A stretch of 64,000 bases of DNA, from positions 20,167,365-20,231,364 of the forward strand of contig NC_092678.1 of assembly GCF_964355755.1 (NCBI RefSeq), in the 5' to 3' direction. Origin of the DNA: Antedon mediterranea. Lineage: Eukaryota > Animalia > Echinodermata. The stretch's first letter is position 1; the number at the start of each line of letters is the position of its first letter. The notes beneath the pieces are model-generated. The model was given only the letters and a program-made list of their open reading frames with translations. It made no database searches and was not told the DNA's origin. Position numbers and translations under genes: made by a program. Shown one piece after another: positions 58,801 to 64,000 of the stretch.

Positions 58801-61246
58801 GCTTTTGGATGTGCATGGAAACAAATTATTGAAATCAAAATGATTTTTTTTTTCAATATCAGATCAATTTATTCAAGATGGGAATGATAGGCCTGCAGCA
58901 AGTAAGTTGATATTATCTTGAATTTTTATTTGCAATAGTTTTTCATATTTCTTATTTTATTTTAAACCAGAACCATTTACAAATTCGAATACACATCAAC
59001 AGTAAAAATTAAAAAAAACAAGGCCAACAGCCATTAAGTCGCGTGCTACAATGCATAGTGATACCGGACCGACAGACAAACAGACCGACAGACAGACAGA
59101 CCGACAGACAGACGGACCGTCCGACATAGTGAACTATACTGACCGAAATTACTGAACATGTTTAAAAATGTTGAAATGTTTAAAAACATTTATATTTTTT
59201 TAATTTACACGTGCGTAGCCTGTCACTTTTGACGTGCTCGTATAACGTAATTTCGAGTTGAAAAGTAAGTCAAGAAAACAGAAATCGGGTAAAAAGAGTG
59301 CGCAATAACATTTAACGCGCAGTGCGTGCGCAAAAATCTGCGCACTCATGGCAATTTTGTAAACGCTTAAAATTGCCTGAAACGTACTCTTATTTCATCG
59401 AAAATAAATTTTGAAAATTTTAAGCGCGCGTACGCATGCGTTACATGCGCTACGCACGTAATTGTATTGCCATATGATGATTTATGCCCTGAAATTTATG
59501 AGTACCAAATTTTATTTAATTGTGATTCATGGTTGTTAAGATATGATTACAAACGTGATTTCGTTAAATCGTGCGTAGACCGCGTAATTTTTTATTGCGC
59601 ACCGTGAAAACATAACCACATCGATTCCTGGCCATAAGGAATATTCTGTGAAAAATTTACTTAGCTAGATTAAACTGATATCAAGATAAGGTCATAAAGC
59701 GATAAAACGCATAGTGATACCGGACCGACAGACAGACAGACAGACCGACAGACAGACCGACAGACCGACAGACAGACAGACAGACCGACCGACCGACATA
59801 GTGAACTATAGAGTCGCTTCCACGCGACTAAAAACGAAATAACAAACCTTGATCACAAGGAAAGAAAAGTGTTCTTATTTCCACCGTGACAAACTGAAAA
59901 ATTGCACACAAGAAAATAGTTTTTCTCTAAAAGTCATAACAATTACACATAAGTTATTTCTTTAAGAATAAAAAATATATATTTTAGTTACAATTCATTC
60001 ATTATGTACTAAAATAAAAAATAAATAAATAAACGAACATCTGAATTACATTCATAATAAACTTTTATCAAGTTTATTATTGATTGAGAATAAGTTTAGT
60101 AAAAATTGAATTTATTTTTTATAAAATGTTATTACTGTTTTAGGGACTGAGATTCCTGAGCAAAATGTACTTATGAATCCTAATGGAAATTCCATACAAC
60201 AAACTAATGGACGTTCACATAAGGGTGTAAAAAAGGTTATGAGACGACGTTCCTCCACCTCCAGCCTTCCTGATGTTTCCGAAGACGCTCCACTATCAGG
60301 TGATCTGCCTGAATGGTGTAAACGTAAGAATTCAAACGTTTAAAAAATGTAATATTTGGATATTTGGACATGTATTTATAAGAATAATAGTGTGGTTTTG
60401 ACTTTCGACGACCGAAGACCAAACTGCGTCATGTTAGTTCAATGAATGGTGCAAACGTAAGAATTCAAACATTAACAAAATTAAATATCTGTGGATATTT
60501 GGACATGATGGTATTTAAGTGTGTGGTTTTTATTATCGACGACTAAACTATGTCATGTTAATTCGTTGTGCGCATGCGTGAATGTGTCGATGGTCGGTTT
60601 GATGGTTTCTGGTTCATTCGTCGACCAACAACACACATCGATTATCCTGACCTCTAGTGATGTCGTCGATCAAAGTAACCAAATCTGGAATAGTTATGCT
60701 TTCTGGCCTAATTTTGACCAATCTGTAATCTAGCATCTTTTTGCTTGTTGCGTTTGTAAGTGGAATAATAATGGTATGTCAAATGGCAAATATGGCGCCA
60801 CCAAGCGATCTAGCATCCAAAGTATTTTTGTTAATTTACGTTCTGCATTTGTTAAAAGCTTTGGCCACACACTGTCGTCGATCTTCGGTGGTCGCAAGTC
60901 GAAAGCTCACTTTTGTATAGGATTGTTTTCATTTTGTTTACTTGTTTTCATAGATGATAATACAATGGTTAAATGTGAAGATATATTAGACATCTCACGA
61001 CACATTGGGAAAGAAGTAGCAAGGATTGGTGTTATTCTCGGATTAACAACAGGTGAAGTGGAGACCATTGAGCATGACCACAAGTTCGATCTATCAAGAC
61101 AGAATTTAGTGGTTTTACAGGAGTGGAAGGGACAGAAAGGTGTTCATGCTACTAAAGGTGTTCTTGCACATGCTCTTCATAAAATCGGAAGAGGAGAACT
61201 TGCAAAGAAGTATTTATGGCCTGAGCAAGAATGGAAACAAAGTTAA
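46815..61246 (+). CDS. TNF-receptor-like death receptor, gene 3, truncated ectodomain (~448 aa). Exons 46815-46904, 53070-53187, 55215-55298, 55453-55494, 56226-56357, 57377-57481, 57817-57891, 58361-58504, 58679-58723, 58863-58901, 60144-60323, 60954-61246
   Basis: Exon-by-exon paralog of gene 2; GT-AG, frame open; single death domain; could be a decaying copy. Confidence 0.7.
48213..48536 (-). mobile_element. tRNA-derived SINE with Nin/Deu-like core
   Basis: A box TGGCCGAGCGG, B box GGTTCGAGGC, core GGATAAGGACTATAAACCG..TAAAGAACC..GAGTAGGGG; possible TTAA TSD; empty sites at ~32548 and ~45390. Confidence 0.85.
49993..50250. repeat. ~260-bp fold-back palindrome (MITE-like) inside the Academ
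   Basis: GAGAGAGGGG..GATGGAGAGACACATATTTT..GTGATGTGCCCA / TGGGCACATCAC..AAAATATGTGTCTCTCCATC..CCCCTCTCTC. Confidence 0.75.
50560..51400 (-). mobile_element. Old LINE RT relic inside the Academ
   Basis: Minus-strand DYQKAFDSI at ~50815-50845; boundaries approximate. Confidence 0.55.
53990..54507 (+). mobile_element. LINE 3' fragment with (TGAA)n tail
   Basis: SASMMFVLNDVPSFDEFIRK relic; AATAAA followed by TGAATGAATGAAT. Confidence 0.55.
54510..55220 (-). mobile_element. LINE-derived sequence abutting gene 3 exon 3
   Basis: Minus-strand HNLFKLQKRALRIC..SHTKPL..VLNIYDINK, typical CR1/L2 RT C-terminus; probably composite. Confidence 0.7.
55535..56095 (+). mobile_element. CR1/L2 3' fragment
   Basis: YNLRNPRTIHVP..ISVAGSKLWNEL; interrupts intron sequence GGTAA|CCAAAATAG. 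Confidence 0.7.
58014..58130 (-). mobile_element. Short DINE/HINE-like copy
   Basis: AACAAGGCC..AGTCGCGTGC..(CCGA)n..GAGTCGCG..CGCGACTAAAAA. Confidence 0.7.
59016..59834 (-). mobile_element. DINE-1/HINE-like element in gene 3 intron
   Basis: Full structure; empty site at ~37855 in gene 2. Confidence 0.8.
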
Positions 61247-62069
61247 ATGAGATGACGTTAAATCACATCGTTGAGGGTAAGATTTTGACCTCTATCAATT
61301 TATAAAGGTAAAAATCTTACCCTCCGAAAGTTCGCACATACTTGTTCCTGTTTGATTGGCACACACACCAATACCAAGCCTGAAGAAGGACATTCGTTCC
61401 TAAACAGCACTCAGTTTGTCCCTGGTACTTTTTCCTAAACCAACAATATAGGCCTAACATTAGTTCTGATTACTGTAGGAGATATATAGATTTTTTCAAT
61501 CTAATTAATAGTCTACAAGTTCGTCATTCTTTGACATTCTCAAAGAACATTTCGTAAAAATTGACTAAAGTTTCAAGATTCTGTATAATTGGTTCCTATC
61601 TTAAAATCCGACATCCCATTTGCAATTATACATGTACCGTAATGGTAGAAAAACTATAAAACAAACAAAAACACAGCAAATTTGAAAAGTGATAAAGTTA
61701 TCATTATGATATCATTGAGGAAAAACAGAAAACAATAAAGACATTTTTTAATGAAACATTGAACATAGTGGTATTGAACCAAACTGTTTATACAATAATA
61801 ATATTATACAATAATATAATATGCATTAAACGTGTACAGGTTAAGATGTATACATTAATATTTGTAATGCAATATTTAATATTTAAGATATAGGCCTAGG
61901 TGATTTACCTGCAAATTATAATATTGACTTGTGTATGTTACTGTGTTACAGTGATCAAGTTATTGTAATACTTTCATATTATATATACATATACATATGT
62001 TACTATACTACATCCTCTATTCACCAGCCCTTATGCCTCTTTTGTTTTATTTCTCCTTTGTATCTTGTC

Positions 62070-62250
62070 CAAATACATTCACTTGCACTGATGAAGGGCT
62101 AGTGTTGCCCGAAAGCTCTGCTAACTTTTCTGGCTGTTTTACTTTATCGTTTTGATTTAGCTTTTCGCTTTTTTTTTTGTATCTTCATTGAGATCCAGCC
62201 ACTGATACCAACAGCATTGTCATTTTTCAGTATTTTGCCTTTGGATTTAT
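62070..62250 (+). mobile_element. Penelope-like terminal repeat with minimal hammerhead ribozyme (62083-62124)
   Basis: TTGCA-CTGATGA-AGGGC-TAGTGTT-GCCC-GAAA-GC-TC-TGC. Confidence 0.7.
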
Positions 62251-62764
62251 ACATATGCTAGTAATATATAAATTGTTTAAAATATTATATGAAACATGAG
62301 TGATCTATAAATGTATAAATTGAAAAATTAAAAAAACTTTTAATTAAAAAAGAATTTTTAACTTTTACACAATCAGATTGTTCAGATAGCAATTGCATTT
62401 TTATTACACTTTTGTTAACATTTTATTATACCATATTTTTCTATGTATTTTTCTAAATTTGTTAAATGTCGGTTTTTGTATCGTTCAAGTTGACAGGGGC
62501 TGGTCAAGCACATCACAAGATGACAGTTTTATACTTTTGCTTTTCCGCTACTCCCCTGTTATATGTTTGGTTTTTTTTGCTATGTAGAAAGATTGAAAAT
62601 AAATAAATAAATAAATAGATATGTTATCATGAATTAGTATAAGGTGTATGTATAGATGTATGTTATATTGGTAAATACCGGTCGTTTTCTACATTCCTAC
62701 CGCATGCAAATAGTTTAGTTTTACCAAATACTGTAATTAGGATTGATTAGATTAGATGTATGAA

Positions 62765-63075
62765 AGTAAAAATGATGATGATGATGATTACTGCCTTTCC
62801 GCTGAAAAGTCTGCCGACATTTCCGCTTGGGCTGCTCCGTAAATCTCTTTTACCAGTTTCTTCCAGTCTGATCTTTCATTGGCTAGTTCTTCTAGTTGTT
62901 CGATGTCTTTCTTGGTTTTCAATTTACTCAGGATACTTGATATTTGTGTTCTGCTTATAAAGGTTGAGTAGGTCGTTGCTGAGAGTTATTGGTAGGGTGG
63001 TTCTCGGTCTTTTTCGAAATTTTTTATTGGTAGTGTTGCTGAAATAATAGCTTATTGCTGTGTTGGCTGGTGTAA
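62765..63075 (-). mobile_element. RTE-type LINE 3' end
   Basis: TPANTAI..KRPRTTLPITLSNDL relic and (ATC)n tail. Confidence 0.65.
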
Positions 63076-64000
63076 AAATCATAATAATAATAATATCCTG
63101 GATTTATATAGCGCCTAATGTAATGAAACAATGTTAATGATGATGAAATAAAAGTGGGAAACCCACAAAAGACAAAAAAAAATACCTTATAACCAAAAGG
63201 ATGAACTGGTCTATTGGGTCCTTTCGTTATTTGGACTTTGCTATTAAAAGTAAGAAATTTCGTAAAGCTTTTTCTATCTTTTTATAATCCTTTTTCTAGA
63301 CTAAATGTTCTCAAAAACGGATTTACTTGTAGATGATTTAATTCATATACATTTGACTCCACTATTGATATTTTCTGTAATTGTTTATCTTTATTTAAAT
63401 CCAAAATTATGAAATGTTTGTAATTGGTCCTTGTGGACCTTGAAGATGTTCTTTTTTTTTTAAACTTACATGGGTTCATCCCACTTTTATTTCCATACAT
63501 ATGTTCTCTTTACTTAATATTTTTCTCTAAACTTTTTCATTTCAATACACTATGCATTATTATAACAACAATGTTTGTATTCACCATCTGTTTACATACA
63601 CCTTTTTTAAAGAGTTTTGTTCATTTGTTTACATATTATCACATTGATTTTTGTTGTTATCTTTTCCCTTCATAGTTTCCTCTTTTTATACATATTATCT
63701 ATTATCTATAGGCCTAATACATTTTTATTAGCAAGCTTATTTTTTTTTTACATAGCCAATTTTTTTCATCTCCATGCATAGTTAATTCATACAAATATAA
63801 TATATTTTATGTTTAATAAATTCATGTAATTTAACATCTCATATGGATTGTTTATTTTATTTGTTTTTGGATTTATCTATGCAAACATATTTTCATTTAA
63901 CAATGCATATTCTTTCTTATACTAACTATTTACTGTAAAAATAATATGTATAAGATGTTCTTATTTTGGGTTTATGTATAATGTAAATGGCGGTTTCTCC

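Noticed and set aside
63282-63780. Possible L1/Tx1 endonuclease relic
   Set aside because: Only faint motif resemblance; too degenerate to support

Overview
AT-rich, intron-rich animal genomic DNA, not prokaryotic. The Nin/Deu-type SINE, Gmr1-type retrotransposon and Penelope, Kolobok and Academ elements suggest an invertebrate, probably a deuterostome (inference). The core of the window is a + strand tandem cluster of TNF-receptor-like death receptors, which I reconstructed by hand from GT-AG exons and reading phase: gene 1 (9012-25795), gene 2 (30457-42287), gene 3 (46815-61246) and an orphan exon-2 relic at ~44.5 kb. Most notable: gene 2 splices in frame from signal peptide, Cys-rich TNFR repeats and TM through TWO tandem death domains into a vertnin-like OTU cysteine-protease domain, i.e. 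a predicted death receptor carrying its own deubiquitinase-fold module. Gene 3 has lost most of its main TNFR-repeat exon but keeps frame through a splice acceptor supplied by an antisense LINE. Introns and spacers hold many nested transposons: an intact young Gmr1-type Gypsy (PR-INT-RT-RH) inside a Kolobok MITE, a MULE inside a MITE, a Harbinger MITE inside a DINE/HINE-like element, an Academ inside a Penelope fragment with a hammerhead ribozyme, a Helitron, a tRNA SINE, a 5S relic, LINE relics, and three ~30-bp hairpins resembling P-element excision footprints. All gene models are manual predictions without transcript evidence.
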